A stretch of DNA of 63,249 bases, counting the filler, from Octopus bimaculoides (Eukaryota): assembly GCF_001194135.2 (NCBI RefSeq). It is 4 parts of 4 records of this genome, joined end to end, with 100 filler letters (N's around TTAATTAATTAA, not from the genome) between each part and the next. Parts side by side here need not be neighbours in the genome. Positions count along the whole stretch, not along the records: positions 1 to 28,939 come from NC_068986.1; 3 more parts are not named here. One strand, written 5' to 3'. The notes under the pieces were generated by a model. It did no database searches, had not been told where the DNA came from, and saw only the letters and a list, made by a program, of their open reading frames with translations. The translations under genes and the position numbers were made by a program. Below are positions 1 to 11,504 of this stretch, one piece after another. How positions within the stretch are numbered: position 1 is the first letter of the stretch; every line of letters begins with the position of its first letter.

Positions 1-109
1 TGTTTCAGTAAACTGATCATAATAGATTTGAGGAACTACAAGCCCGTAAGTCGTACTCAACAAAGACAAACTTTACATAACCTTAACTGATGCAGCCAGT
101 CATTGGGAT

Positions 110-790
110 GCATATCTAGACGCTTTTCAGTCACCCATCACTACTGGTCTCTTCTCTGTTATGCATAGCAGGGTCGCTATGTTGTGGCCGCTCCAATCCT
201 TGATGTTTTGACACCAAGATTATCCCTGTCTCGCTCCTTCTTTTGCTCTTCCTCAACTGCGACCTGAAGTATAGTTTTGGACAACAAATTGAGGTGAGAT
301 TCCTGATCGTACGAGGCAAGCTTTCATCTTCTTACCTTCATGAGGAATGGTTCCTGTGCGCCAGCGAATGTGATGAGTAAAGCTGTTTGTTTTGTGCTCT
401 GTATACGGGATGTATAACAGCCTACCGAAGCATTTGTGCAAAGATGCCTGGATTCTTCTTCCATGCCAACTGGAAGATTCCAGCTTTTATATTTATACAG
501 AAGAGTTGAAGTTGCTTTTTTGAGATGTGCTGTTCTTGATCAAAGTAAACCCAAGGTACTTAAATCTATCCACTTCATCAAATCTCTTCTCCGTGCAGCA
601 TGATGTTGGTTGCTGTATTCTGGTTGCTACTCTTAAGCAGGATCTTGTTCTTTTCTGAGTTGATCACCATCCTGTATGCCCCTGATACATTCTCCAGTCT
701 GGTGGTAAGCTCTTGTTTCCTTCACTGCTTCGTAACAGGTTAATATCATCAGCGAAGTGCATGTTCGAAATGTTCTGGTATGCGTTGAAT
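110..790 (-). mobile_element. RTE-clade LINE, decayed RT C-terminal fragment
   Basis: Minus-strand pieces ISNMHFADDINLL, KNKIL...VDRFKYLG and HKCFGRLLYIPYTEHKTN; frameshifted. Confidence 0.8.
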
Positions 791-883
791 TTCCCTGGAG
801 GACATTCTTTCCTTTTATGGTTTGACGGTCGATGGTCGCCTTCTAACGTAAAGGATGTCCACTTAGTGGTCATCCCTTCTCAA

Positions 884-929
<46 letters not shown>

Positions 930-978
930 NNNNNNNNNNNNNNNNNNNNNNNNNNNNNNNNNNNNNNNNNNNNNNNNN

Positions 979-1009
<31 letters not shown>

Positions 1010-2010
1010 GAGAGAGGGAGAGGATTGTCTGTTAAGAAAGGGCCTGGGGGATTTGATAAAATCATGGTGGGGATCGTCATAAAACTTGTCAAGATTAATT
1101 TGAAGTAGTATAAAGCAACTGTCTATAGTGAGGTTTGGTAAAGGAAGATCTTAAATCAAATTTTAGTTATCAGTTAAAGGGGCAAGACTCTAATAAAACC
1201 AATGATGATAATACAGGGGAAATTTTATCATGGGGTACTATAGTTGAATGATTTGAACAATATTGTTATATTTTATAAGGATAAAATTTAGGGTTACCAA
1301 GAAAAATATTAAGAAGAATATCATAACCAAAAGGATAAATTTTTGAATACTTTTGAATATATACCAAAATTTACAACAATAGGAGGAGAAAAGAAATCAT
1401 ATAGAATTAGTTTAATATTTATTCATATACTTAAATATTTACTTATTAGATGGTATTTATGAAAATTGATCACTAGCATTTAATAAAGGAGTACTGGGCG
1501 ATATATTTATTAATGCTAAATATTTATTAATCATAATCTAAGAGGTGTATTATAAGTTGTAAAGGTTCCGGTGCTGTTATATATAAGCTAATATAAATAT
1601 CTAGGGGTACAAAAATTAGGTTTAATTTCATAAAGGCTATTATAGAAATAATAATATGATCAGATAAGGTAGAACACCCTAGAAAGGAATAAATAGCTTA
1701 ATCACTAAAATCATGATGAAGCATATATACCTTATTATCATCAATAGAAAAGAGATTATATAGAAATTGTTTATTAATTCAATCATTTAAAACTAAATTA
1801 TTTATTTATTAGGTGGTATCTATAAAGACTGATGCATGTGTATACCGATATGTAACATGTTTTCTATAATGATTTTATAGATTTTGATCAGCCATTATTG
1901 AAGATTCTATGGTAACATAGTTCTTCCCTTCCTTTCCAAACTAACATAAATAAAATTTTTAATTGAAGAAACGGTAACATGCAATGTGATATACTTTTAT
2001 ATTTTGTCAG

Positions 2011-2213
2011 GTGAGAGTGGCGTATGGTTATTTGATTTGAGGGGTCGATATGAAAGAACTTCCAAACTAAGCTGTCTGAAGTGGTATGCCTTTGATCAGG
2101 TTGTCTCGAGATTTAATACTTGTCCGTGTTCGCTTCGGCAAGCTTGGATAGATTTTCGATTCTTCTATGAATGGCAGAGCAATTGCTTCTTTTCAATAAC
2201 TTCTCCACCAGTG
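2011..2213 (+). CDS. Mucin-like NIDO-AMOP-VWD-EGF gene, first exon in window (NIDO end / AMOP start)
   Basis: ttttgtcag|GT acceptor and GTG|gtaagt donor; GESGVWLFDL...CLKWY...CPCSLRQAWIDFRF matches the AMOP CPC-x-L-x-QA-x2-D-x-RF pattern; 203 nt, phase 1 to 0. Confidence 0.9.
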
Positions 2214-2412
2214 GTAAGTTATTCCTTAGACATTTTTAAACAAAGCAAACAGAGCAAAAATATTTTTACTATACATTATTGCATTGTAATTGTACTTTCT
2301 ATTTACCATATCCGTATTAGTCATATCCACTCCCTAGTTAATCGCGATCAGTTGTTCGTTGTATTTGTGTGTACACACACACGCACTCTCCTTCGACACA
2401 CGCACTCTCCTT

Positions 2413-2457
<45 letters not shown>

Positions 2458-2969
2458 CTGGGAGAGAGAGAGAGAGACCGATAGACAGACAGAGATCAAC
2501 GGCAGAAAATGAAATTTACGAGATTCTTTATTCAAATCCATTACAAATCTTTCAACTCAACCTGGACCTGCAGCTCACCGCTGGGATACTCTACAATTTA
2601 TTATTTTGCATCACAGGTGCAAATTGCCGCTCCTCAAGTGACTTCTTAAACAAGAAGCTCCATAACAATACATATCTCCGAACATGCTGTATTCTAGTAA
2701 TTCTCATAAGAACTGATTTTAGAGAACCTCATGTATAAGTTACAGGTGCAATATTTGAATGAAGTGGATTTGAATAAAGAATCTCAAAAATTCCATTCTC
2801 CGTCTCCGATCTATTTATATAAACTCTAAGGACACAAAGGAATTTCTAAAGGAAATCCAGCGGTATGGGCCTTTCTGCTGTTGCTGACATGGGGTAGCCA
2901 AAAACTGTGGACAATCTTTACACAGCATCTGACAGGCTTTCCACACGAATATAATTTAACTAGCAAAAA

Positions 2970-3330
2970 CATACGGGCGAGACTAGTGAAAATTAACGAA
3001 GCAAGACATACGGGCGAGACTAGTGAAAATTAACGAAGCAAAACATACGGGCGANNNNNNNNNNNNNNNNNNNNNNNNNNNNNNNNNNNNNNNNNNNNNN
3101 NNNNNNNNNNNNNNNNNNNNNNNNNNNNNNNNNNNCAATCTTTACACAGCATCTGACAGGCTTTCCACACGAATATAATTTAACTAGCAAAAACATACGG
3201 GCGAGACTAGTGAAAATTAACGAAGCAAGACATACGGGCGAGACTAGTGAAAATTAACGAAGCAAAACATACGGGCGAAACTAGTGAAAATTAACGAAGC
3301 AAAACATACGGGCGAGACTAGTGAAAATTA
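2970..3330. repeat. 37-bp minisatellite (catacgggcgagactagtgaaaattaacgaagcaaaa) spanning an N gap
   Basis: Units start at 2970, 3007 and 3044 before the gap and at 3194, 3231, 3268 and 3305 after it; 2912-3054 is repeated at 3136-3278. Confidence 0.9.
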
Positions 3331-3799
3331 CAGAAATAAATACAAAGTTTATCCGTAGACCAAGGTTTCGAAATTAACATTTTCTTACCGAAAATATCTG
3401 TTTCTCATCAGTACGAACTGCCAAAAAAATATAATTCACAGAATCATGTACTAGTTGTTCCCAACTAGTGAAGAACGTGCACATGGTTCTATTAATTATA
3501 TAGGGCAATATTCAAAAGTCTTTGTTTTGGAAATATCTCTGCAGACAATAATTTCCGCATCGAATTTACCAACTTTGAGAACGTGGTTATGGCTAATTAA
3601 AATAGTAGGGTAAAAAAAATTGGATATTAATTGATATCTGAAAAGTTTTCATGATGCAACGAAAATTTTAGAAAAAAAATGAGAAAATTTAATAACTGAG
3701 TGGAAATCGAAGCGGTGAGCGTGTTCAATGATGAGGCACTAAAATAAAGAGCATGACTCTCTCCAGACACAATAATATATTCTTTCATTCTTTCCCTTG

Positions 3800-4140
3800 T
3801 TTCAGTCATTTGACTATGCCCATCCTGGAGTACTGCCTTTTGTCGAACAAATCGACCCCACGACTTATTCTTTGTAAGCTTAGTACTTACTCTATCAAAC
3901 TTCAGCCGAACGGGGCCGTAAACACAGCATCATCGGTTGTCAAGCGATGGTGGGGTACAAACACACAAACATACACACACTCATACATATATGCATGCAT
4001 ATATATATATATATATATATATATACGACAGGATTCTTTCGGTTTCCGTCTACCAAATACACTCACACGCCCACGCAATGGCACTGAACCCGGAACTGTG
4101 TGGTTGGTAAGCAAGCTACTTACTACACAGCCACTCCTAT
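3800..4140 (-). mobile_element. tRNA-head SINE family A with internal (CA)/(TA) microsatellite
   Basis: ttcagtcatttgact...cttattct...tcggttgtcaagcgatg...(TA)n...gaacccggaac...cacacagcc; same family near 4322, 21978, 49150, 51308 and 61360. Confidence 0.8.
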
Positions 4141-4321
4141 AACTATATGTATAACTATATTTCAATTGCATATGCTGTTAATTGCTCGAAATGGGGAGTA
4201 GGTAGACAGCCGACAACTGATGAAGTGTCATTCTGTGTGCTACTTGTCCTTTTTTCTCTCGTCATTTGAGTATTTATCTCATTTGCTTCCGTATTTATGC
4301 TGTTCACTGGTNNNNNNNNNN

Positions 4322-4712
4322 TCAGTCATTTGACTGCGGCCATGCTGGAGCACCGCGTTTAGTCGAGCAAATCGACCCCAGGACTTATTCTTTGGAAGCC
4401 TAGTACTTATTCTATCGGTCTGTTTTGCCGAACCGCTAAGTTACGTGGAGGTGAACACGCCACCATCGGTTGTCAAGCGATGTTGGGGCGTGACAAACAC
4501 AGACACACAAACATATGCACACACACACATACATATATATATATACATATATACGACAAGCTTCTTTCAGTTTCCGTCTACGAAATCCACTCACAAGGCT
4601 TTGGCCGCCCCGAGCCTATAGTAGAAGACACTTGCCCAAGGTGCCACTCAGTGGGAATGAACCCGCAACCATGTGGTTGGTAAGCAAGGTACTTACCACA
4701 CAGACACTCCTG
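4322..4712 (-). mobile_element. SINE family A copy
   Basis: Near-identical to the 3800-4140 and 21978-22565 copies; reverse strand has A/B-box-like head. Confidence 0.8.
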
Positions 4713-4814
4713 CGAGTTCAGCAAAAATTTAAATTCAGGTGAATATGGTACTTAAGTTTAAGCACCAGAATTTAGTACGGTATTATCCATACAATTTCAA
4801 AGTAAGGTGATTAA

Positions 4815-5135
4815 AATCAAAATAAGCAACAAGGATATCCAGAGGCAATGCTGTACGATCGTTTCATGCAACTCCATTTAATTGAACAATGTAATCATTA
4901 CATCAATTTAAAAATTCAGAGCAATCCTCAGCTGCACAAAGACATAGAATTTTATTAAATTAGAACAGATGGACACATTAGTATAATAATACCTAAAATC
5001 TCTAAGAAGTTAGGGAGATAGACAGAGAACATCTTGCTTTAGCCACACCATGGAAGCTAATAAACAAAATGTCAAAGAAAACTCTGCCTGTCACTGATAT
5101 TATTTGTCTTTTTAGTTTAGATTTATAGACTACCA
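4815..5135. repeat. Unclassified ~300-bp interspersed repeat (second copy at about 20915-21230)
   Basis: Shared text tacgatcgtttcaYgcaactccatttaattgaacaatg...agatggacac...gagatagaca.agaacat in both places. Confidence 0.75.
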
Positions 5136-5149
5136 TAGCAAACCTTGTA

Positions 5150-5400
5150 TATCTAAAATCATGGCTGTCACTACAGAGCCTGCGTAGACGGAGGAATTGG
5201 GAATAGGATATGGAAAGCTTGGTGTGTTTAGGGTGGGAGGAGGAGAAGTTAAGAGTGTGAGTCTGTGTGTTTGTAGTGAATGGAGGTGCTAAGAGTGGAG
5301 TGATGGATGCTGACCGAAATGTCAAGTAAGGGGACAGAGGTGTCAGAGATAGTGCAGGAGAAGTGGAGGGCAGGATGGAAGGATTGAACAAAAGAGAGGA
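5150..5400 (-). mobile_element. Penelope-like element RT thumb fragment
   Basis: THTLNFSSSHPKHTKLSISYSQFLRLRRLCSDSHDF matches the PLE HP-x-H-x-K-x-SIPYSQFLR motif. Confidence 0.8.
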
Positions 5401-5785
5401 ACAAGTCAAGATGTTCGCAGGAGAGTGAGGTGGCACCGATACAGTCGTCAATATAACGACCGTTGAGAATATTTTGGCCTCAACATAGCCAACGAACAGG
5501 TTCGCGTGTGTGTGCATTTATGTGTGCGTTCCTTTGTGTCTATTTCCCCTTTTTCCCATCGCTTGTCAACCGATACTGGTACGTTTACATCCGCGTATCT
5601 TAAAAGATTCGGCAAAAGAAACCTATAGAATAAATATAGAATTAACTTACAAAGAATAAATTTTGGGGCGATTTCCTCAATTAAAACCCATTAAGGCGAT
5701 GCTCCTGCCGGGCCGCAGTCAAATAACAGAAACAAGTGATAAAAATCAAAAGTTAAACCCACACACACTCACACACGCACACACA

Positions 5786-5833
<48 letters not shown>

Positions 5834-6127
5834 TACACGCACACGTATGCATATATGTATGAATGTAAAGATCGATGTTGTCTATTTGTGTATCTTTGTA
5901 TCATGTATCAGTTATTCTAATTTATTATGGAACTATTCGTATGAAAACCTGTTAAATAGAGTGAAAGGAAATCTTATTGTTTACATTTCATATAGTGTTT
6001 TTCTTGCATTCTGTTATGTATAGATTGGTGATTATTGTCAATTTTTCATAGAATAAATTTATGTGAGCAAATGGATCTCATTCTCATTTAGCAAAAAAAT
6101 AAGGACTATCTTGCTTTCTCCTCTCAG

Positions 6128-6320
6128 AAATGTTGCTATTCGTCGTGGTGGCTTTCATATGGTGTTCATCAGAGGTACAACTACATCTTCAACTACAGAA
6201 AATGGTTTCAGCACGACGAACAACCATTTCAAGACTGTTGTGAGCAAAACAATATGTGTTACCTTTACAGGCAGAGAAGGCCTAGAAACTACTGTCGGGG
6301 TTACAGGATTCCCTTCAGAG
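6128..6320 (+). CDS. Mucin-like gene exon 2 (AMOP C-terminal half)
   Basis: ctctcag| acceptor and |gtaaga donor; KCCYSSWW...HDEQPFQDCCEQNNMCYLYRQRRPRNYCRGYRIP; 193 nt, phase 0 to 1. Confidence 0.92.
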
Positions 6321-6475
6321 GTAAGACGTTCTGTACTCTGATGCGCATAAAAAGATAATATTATCAACATTCTTCATTTCTATACAGCAAAATTAATTTT
6401 CTTACAATTATCTTGGAATACTCTAGGAATTCATTGCAGTTCAACTTTGTAATTTGTTGTATTATTTTTTCAGTT

Positions 6476-6650
6476 AGGAAGTGAGCTGACAAAATCGTTA
6501 GCACACCGGACGAACTGCTTAGCGGTAATTTGTCTGTCTTTACGTTCTGAGTTCAAATTCCGCCGAGGTCGACTTTACCTTTCGGGATCTATAAGTTAAG
6601 TACCAGTTACATACTGGGGTCGATCTAATCGACTGCCCCACTCCTTCAAA
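6476..6650 (+). mobile_element. tRNA-head SINE family B (Meta-like central domain gtcgactttgcctttcatcctttcggggtcgataaa)
   Basis: gagctg.cagaa.cgttagcac.ccgg...gagttcaaattccgccgaggtcgac; other copies at about 8183, 12280, 12440, 14270, 25143, 27660, 39040, 41696, 43200, 52870 and 54190. Confidence 0.75.
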
Positions 6651-7391
6651 ATTGAATGTTTGAAAGTAAAGCGGAGAATAATTTGCATTTTTTATTCTAA
6701 ATGTAGATGTAACGTATATATTTTTTTAATTTGTAAATATTGAACTAATGTTTTTTCATACGAAACCATGAAATAACAGGAAACGTGACTTTAGTTTTTC
6801 AGTGCAAACCATCGAAATTGCACAGTATAAACTTAAACATTTCCAAACGCATGAACTCACAGGCACACAAGCACACACACATATACATAGATATGTATTT
6901 AAATTTTCATAGAATCTTCCTTCTAGCATCTTAGTGAAGGAAAAAGGAAAAAAGAAAGGAAGAAGGGAAGAAAGATTTCCTGAAGAAGTCACAATCCTTA
7001 AACCTATTGCAAGACAATGGTAAATGACTAAATAAATAAATGAATAGGGAATAGGAAGGGGGATCCCCCTTCCCCCTCTATGTATGTATGTATGTATCTA
7101 TGTATCTATCTATCTATCTGTCAATCTATCTATCTTCACTGTCCTGGAACCTCACGAAAAAGTAAATGTTCTCCTCTTCTAAACAAAACTAAAAAAAAAC
7201 ATCTGTTTCATATCAATGAACAAGTTGTTTCTACATTCCCAAAATTCTATTTGACAAGTTCGAGAAACGAACGAAAGCGTTAATAATAATGAATAAATAA
7301 AAAGATTTTTTTCCAAAATTCTGGTGACACTTTCTCAGTATTCAATATCCGTACACCACACCTAACACTCTATATATAGACACATTGTACA

Positions 7392-7486
<95 letters not shown>

Positions 7487-7487
7487 A

Positions 7488-7650
7488 TAGTTGGAACTTA
7501 CAGAAAACAAAAAACGAAGACAGGTGTATAAGCAACAAACAGGTGTATTAGCTCGGAAAGGTGAGAAAGTCTTTTACGTTTCGAGCTCTTCAACAGAAAG
7601 GAACACGATGAAATAAACAAAGAGAATAAATAAAAAAAGCTTTTGGAGCT
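7488..7650 (-). mobile_element. Short element with hammerhead-like motif (pLTR-like, family H2)
   Basis: Follows (CA)n; same family at 48470-48640 and 58420-58580; minus strand reads cttt-CTGTTGA-A-GAGCTC-GAAA-CGTA-aaag. Confidence 0.65.
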
Positions 7651-7816
7651 GACAGTCAATTATATATATATTTATCTGCTCATTATTGCAATATTGTACA
7701 CTAATATCAATTAACTGTTTAGATCTTTCATCCGCATACAATATTTATAAATAGAACATATGAAATGATTAATTTCTTGGTTAATTTAATTGTCATTGAT
7801 TTCAATATATTGACAG

Positions 7817-8071
7817 CTTGGATGTTTGGAGATCCTCATATTCAAACTCTCGATGGCCTGAAATACTCCTTTAATGGTTTGGGTGAATATAGCTTACTAA
7901 GAGTAAGTAATAAAACCACAAACATAAATATGTTAGAGGTTCAAGCAAGGACCACTCAGGCGAAAAATGCAAATGGTACTCTGATTAACGCCACGATATT
8001 TTCGGCTTTTGCAATGAAAGACTTCATTACCAATACCTCTGCACAGGTTGAACTAGCTTCTGATGAAAAGA
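7817..8071 (+). CDS. Mucin-like gene exon 3 (VWD start, GDPH motif)
   Basis: tgacag| acceptor and |gtaagt donor; AWMFGDPHIQTLDGLKYSFNGLGEY is the canonical VWD start; 255 nt, phase 1 to 1. Confidence 0.95.
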
Positions 8072-8467
8072 GTAAGTTTTATTAATTTGTCAAACTTAAT
8101 TTCATTTTACATGTTATAATGATGAAGTGTTGTAGTGAATAAAACCTGACGCTTTTGTATCATGCAGGAATATTACAGAGCTTAAGGCGGTGATCTGACA
8201 GGATCATTAGCACTCCGGGCAAAAAAGTTTATCGGCATTTCATTCGTCTTTACGTTCTGAGTTCCAATTCTTTCAAGATCGACTTTGCTTTTCATCATTT
8301 CGGGACTGTGTTTAATGTAATCTGCTTATCCACACCTTCGAACTTGCTGGCTTTGTGCCAAAATTAAGAAAATAATATCTGTAGAGTTTATTTAGTTTAT
8401 TTCCAAATTGTTTAAAAGTGGCATTACTCTGATGTAACTTTTTTATTCTTTACTATTACTATTTCAG

Positions 8468-8611
8468 CTTTGGTCATCTACCACAATGGTATTGATAAAA
8501 CATCGGATTTTCAAGCACGTTCTAACTATAGTCTGACCGACCCCGACCTGTTTATTATCAGAAATAGTGACAACCAGACTAACCAGTCGGTGTCTCTAAC
8601 ATTCACATCTG
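8468..8611 (+). CDS. Mucin-like gene exon 4 (VWD)
   Basis: atttcag| acceptor and |gtaagc donor; open frame TLVIYHNGIDKTSDF...VSLTFTSG; 144 nt, phase compatible with both neighbours. Confidence 0.85.
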
Positions 8612-10222
8612 GTAAGCTCATTTAATGTAATCTTAAATAAAATTGTTTCAAACGCAATAGAAACTTGTTTGGAATATTGTGATATGAAATAAATATTTTG
8701 TATTTTGATGTCTTCCATGATCTGCTCCATAACGATAGTCGCCTGCTCCATAACGATAGTCATCCGTTATTTTTCATATATTGCAATGACCTTGCAAACT
8801 AGGATCATATGGTAGTTCGAATGAGTTAGATCAGCGGCACTGCAATAGATCTTAAACAAATAAGTAGTACTAAAGCCTATTTCCACGTGGCGAAACCAAC
8901 GGCAAAAACGTACATATAATTTATACGGTGACAAAAGAGATAACTAGAGTTTATTTTCATTAACTTGCTTCGCTTAAATCTCCCTGCCTGTGAGCAACAA
9001 ATGTATTCCTTTCACAAACTTTTCGATAAACCCTTCATAATATGGAAATGGTATCTTAGAGTAAAAGAAGACTTTTTTCCAGTCAGTATGCTTCTAGTCA
9101 AGAGAGCTGTCTTAGTGAATGCCTCTTCATGTGCTGTTCTTGATTTGTCCGGGAAATTTCGACAGCAAAATTCATATGCTGCATTTTGTAATTTGTTGTA
9201 TTCTACCCAAAGGTGGGATATATAGAACAGTGAACTGAAACTAAGCCCATTACCCTGATACAACATGAAAATATTGCAAAATATTTTGGTCACGAAATTA
9301 AATTATTTCATTTCTTTTATACTAATACATGACTATAACCCCAGCAAGTTCTAGCAATAAGTTATAATAGAAGCTACTTCATAATCTTCAGCCAAATATG
9401 CTGACAACCTTGACAACATTGTTACATTTACGTACGACCATTCAATAGAATTCAAAAGGATAATTCTGCATAATGTTGCTTAGAAAACTCTTTAATCTTC
9501 TGGGGCACAAAAACGCTCAGAATATAAAACGAGGCTGATAACATGAACAAAATTTGAAGTGCACTTCTAAATCAAGTATTAAGTGTCGATACCTAGTTGT
9601 TTGCACATCAGTTACTCAATTAGAAATGTTGTCCTTAATTTCCATTTTTGTGCAATGGAGGCCATCAACCATACTTGGGTTTTCTCTTCTCTTACACTGC
9701 AAAGTATAAGAAAAAACATAGGACTAATAAGAAGGTAAAAGTAGAATCTTAACTTGAAGAAATATTTCTGACCAGGTATTAAATGTCGACATTGCACAAA
9801 TTGTTTGAGAACAACTTTACTACTTTAAGAGTAAAACACTAATACAGAATTAAAGGGATATGTAGGGTCGCACTAAAATAAATTGTGACAAGGAAATTGA
9901 TGAAGGGCCAAGGCTACTGGAAAAGTCTAGTCTTGCCCTGGAGACAACAAATACTTTTAGGTGGCTATAATAATTAAAACACTTTTATTACATTTATCTT
10001 CTAATTAGTTTCTAATGCAATCTAAGAAAATGACATGACAACCATAGAACAGAAACAGAAAACTAATCAAATGTTTGAAAAATATTCTAAAACAATCGGT
10101 TAGAAAGAAAATCAGTTCTTTCAAAATTTACTTGGCATGGCTATGATACTTTCCGCTGTTAATTCTTTTCAGCATCATATTTCGAAGGTCCAAAAAGGTT
10201 ATAATTATTCTTATCTTTCTAG

Positions 10223-10426
10223 GTGTTGATGTATCAGTGACAGTTGGTATTCGCATGCTTGCAGTAACCGTGAGTTTACCAGAAGACTTCAAAAACACTA
10301 CAGTAACCAGCGGTCTGATGGGAGTGTATAATGATAACAAGACGGATGATCTCACAACACCAAATGGGACTGTTTTGCCTGAAAATTCAAGTGAAAGGGA
10401 TATTTTTTATAACTTTGGTCAACATT
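10223..10426 (+). CDS. Mucin-like gene exon 5 (VWD C-terminus)
   Basis: ctttctag| acceptor and |gtaagt donor; GVDVSVTVG...TSGLMGVYNDNKTDDLTTPNG...FYNFGQH matches the VWD GL-x-G-x-YN...DD motif; 204 nt. Confidence 0.93.
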
Positions 10427-10844
10427 GTAAGTAAAATAATTGTATTATATTTTTCACTATGTTTGCCACTAGGCAACTGATCAACTATAGAGACAGATGT
10501 TATTAGAACAAAAAAAATAAATGATTAATAACTGATTACCCTTCCGTCAGTCAAAGCTACAAGTGCAATAGTTGAAGCCCTGAATTATCAAGTAAGATTG
10601 ATCACATTCATGAAGGCCACAGACACATAGAAAACTAAATGGCTGGAATACTGAGAGAAATTAATGCGTGTCATTTCATTCAATCTTTGCTCGAGTACAA
10701 AACCATAAATACGACACGGTAATACATGTATGTCTGTATATGTATATAAGACCAAAGTACTATATATTTCTGCATATGTACATAAGACTAAAGTATATGT
10801 ACATAAGACTCTATATGTCTGTATATGTATAGAAGACCAAAGTA

Positions 10845-11010
10845 TTGGGCCAAAGCGCCAAGCACACCTCCCCACCATCACTATCAACAACAAGCTTGAG
10901 GTAATGCATGAATTTAACTACCTCGGCTCTACCATCGCCGACGTTCTCTTCCTAGACCCTGAGACGAACAGTTGAATTGGACAATCATCCTTCTCATTTG
11001 CTAGGCTTTA
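10845..11010 (+). mobile_element. RTE/BovB-like LINE fragment
   Basis: PTITINNKLEVMHEFNYLGSTIADVLFLDPETNS*IGQSS..FARL matches RTE EV-x2-F-x-YLGS...I-x2-RIG. Confidence 0.8.
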
Positions 11011-11058
11011 AACACCAAGATTACTGTCTTTAAAACTGGCTTAAAGTGATATAACCAA

Positions 11059-11504
11059 CAATTGCAGTGTGAAGCCATTTAAGAAACACACAAAAACCGT
11101 TAGGTTCACTTCAACATTTAAATTTAATTTGCCAAAATATTTTCGTCGTTTTCAGACCGTGACCTGTTCACTGACAAAATATTTGTACACTGGCTGGAAG
11201 TCATGAATGCATATCCCAAATGCCAAGACATACAGCACATTTAATGAACCTTTCTATTGCAGCATTATATTATGAGGCGCCTTTTGAGAAAGCCGCCTCA
11301 TAATATAATGCTGCAATAGAAAGGTCCAAATTTAAGTATAGTATATATTACATTAAAGATGCAGCACGAAATTTTGTCAGTGAACAGGTGGCAGTCTCAA
11401 AGCGACGAAAATATTTTGGTAAATTAAATATAAATATTGAAGTGAATCTAACGGTTTTTGTGTGTTTCTTAAATGGCTTATAAACACCTTCCACGCTGCA
11501 ATTG
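11059..11504. repeat. Nested inverted repeat (about 109-bp outer arms, 32-bp perfect inner arms)
   Basis: 11072-11180 pairs with 11371-11479 with about 9 mismatches; 11248-11279 pairs perfectly with 11294-11325. Confidence 0.9.

Noticed and set aside
1020-1925. Mitochondrial insertion (NUMT)
   Set aside because: AT-rich and skewed, but the frames translated with the invertebrate mitochondrial code gave no recognisable ND, COX or cytb motif, and TAA/TAG stops are frequent.
3136-3278. Segmental duplication of 2912-3054
   Set aside because: Identical copies directly flank an N gap inside a tandem repeat, which is typical of an unmerged contig overlap.
2970-3330. CRISPR-like array
   Set aside because: Units are head-to-tail with no unique spacers, in a eukaryotic context.
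11371-11420. Hammerhead motif in the 11-kb hairpin arms
   Set aside because: It has UGAA...CGAAA but lacks the CUGA core (reads UCAGUGA), and no convincing stem II was found.
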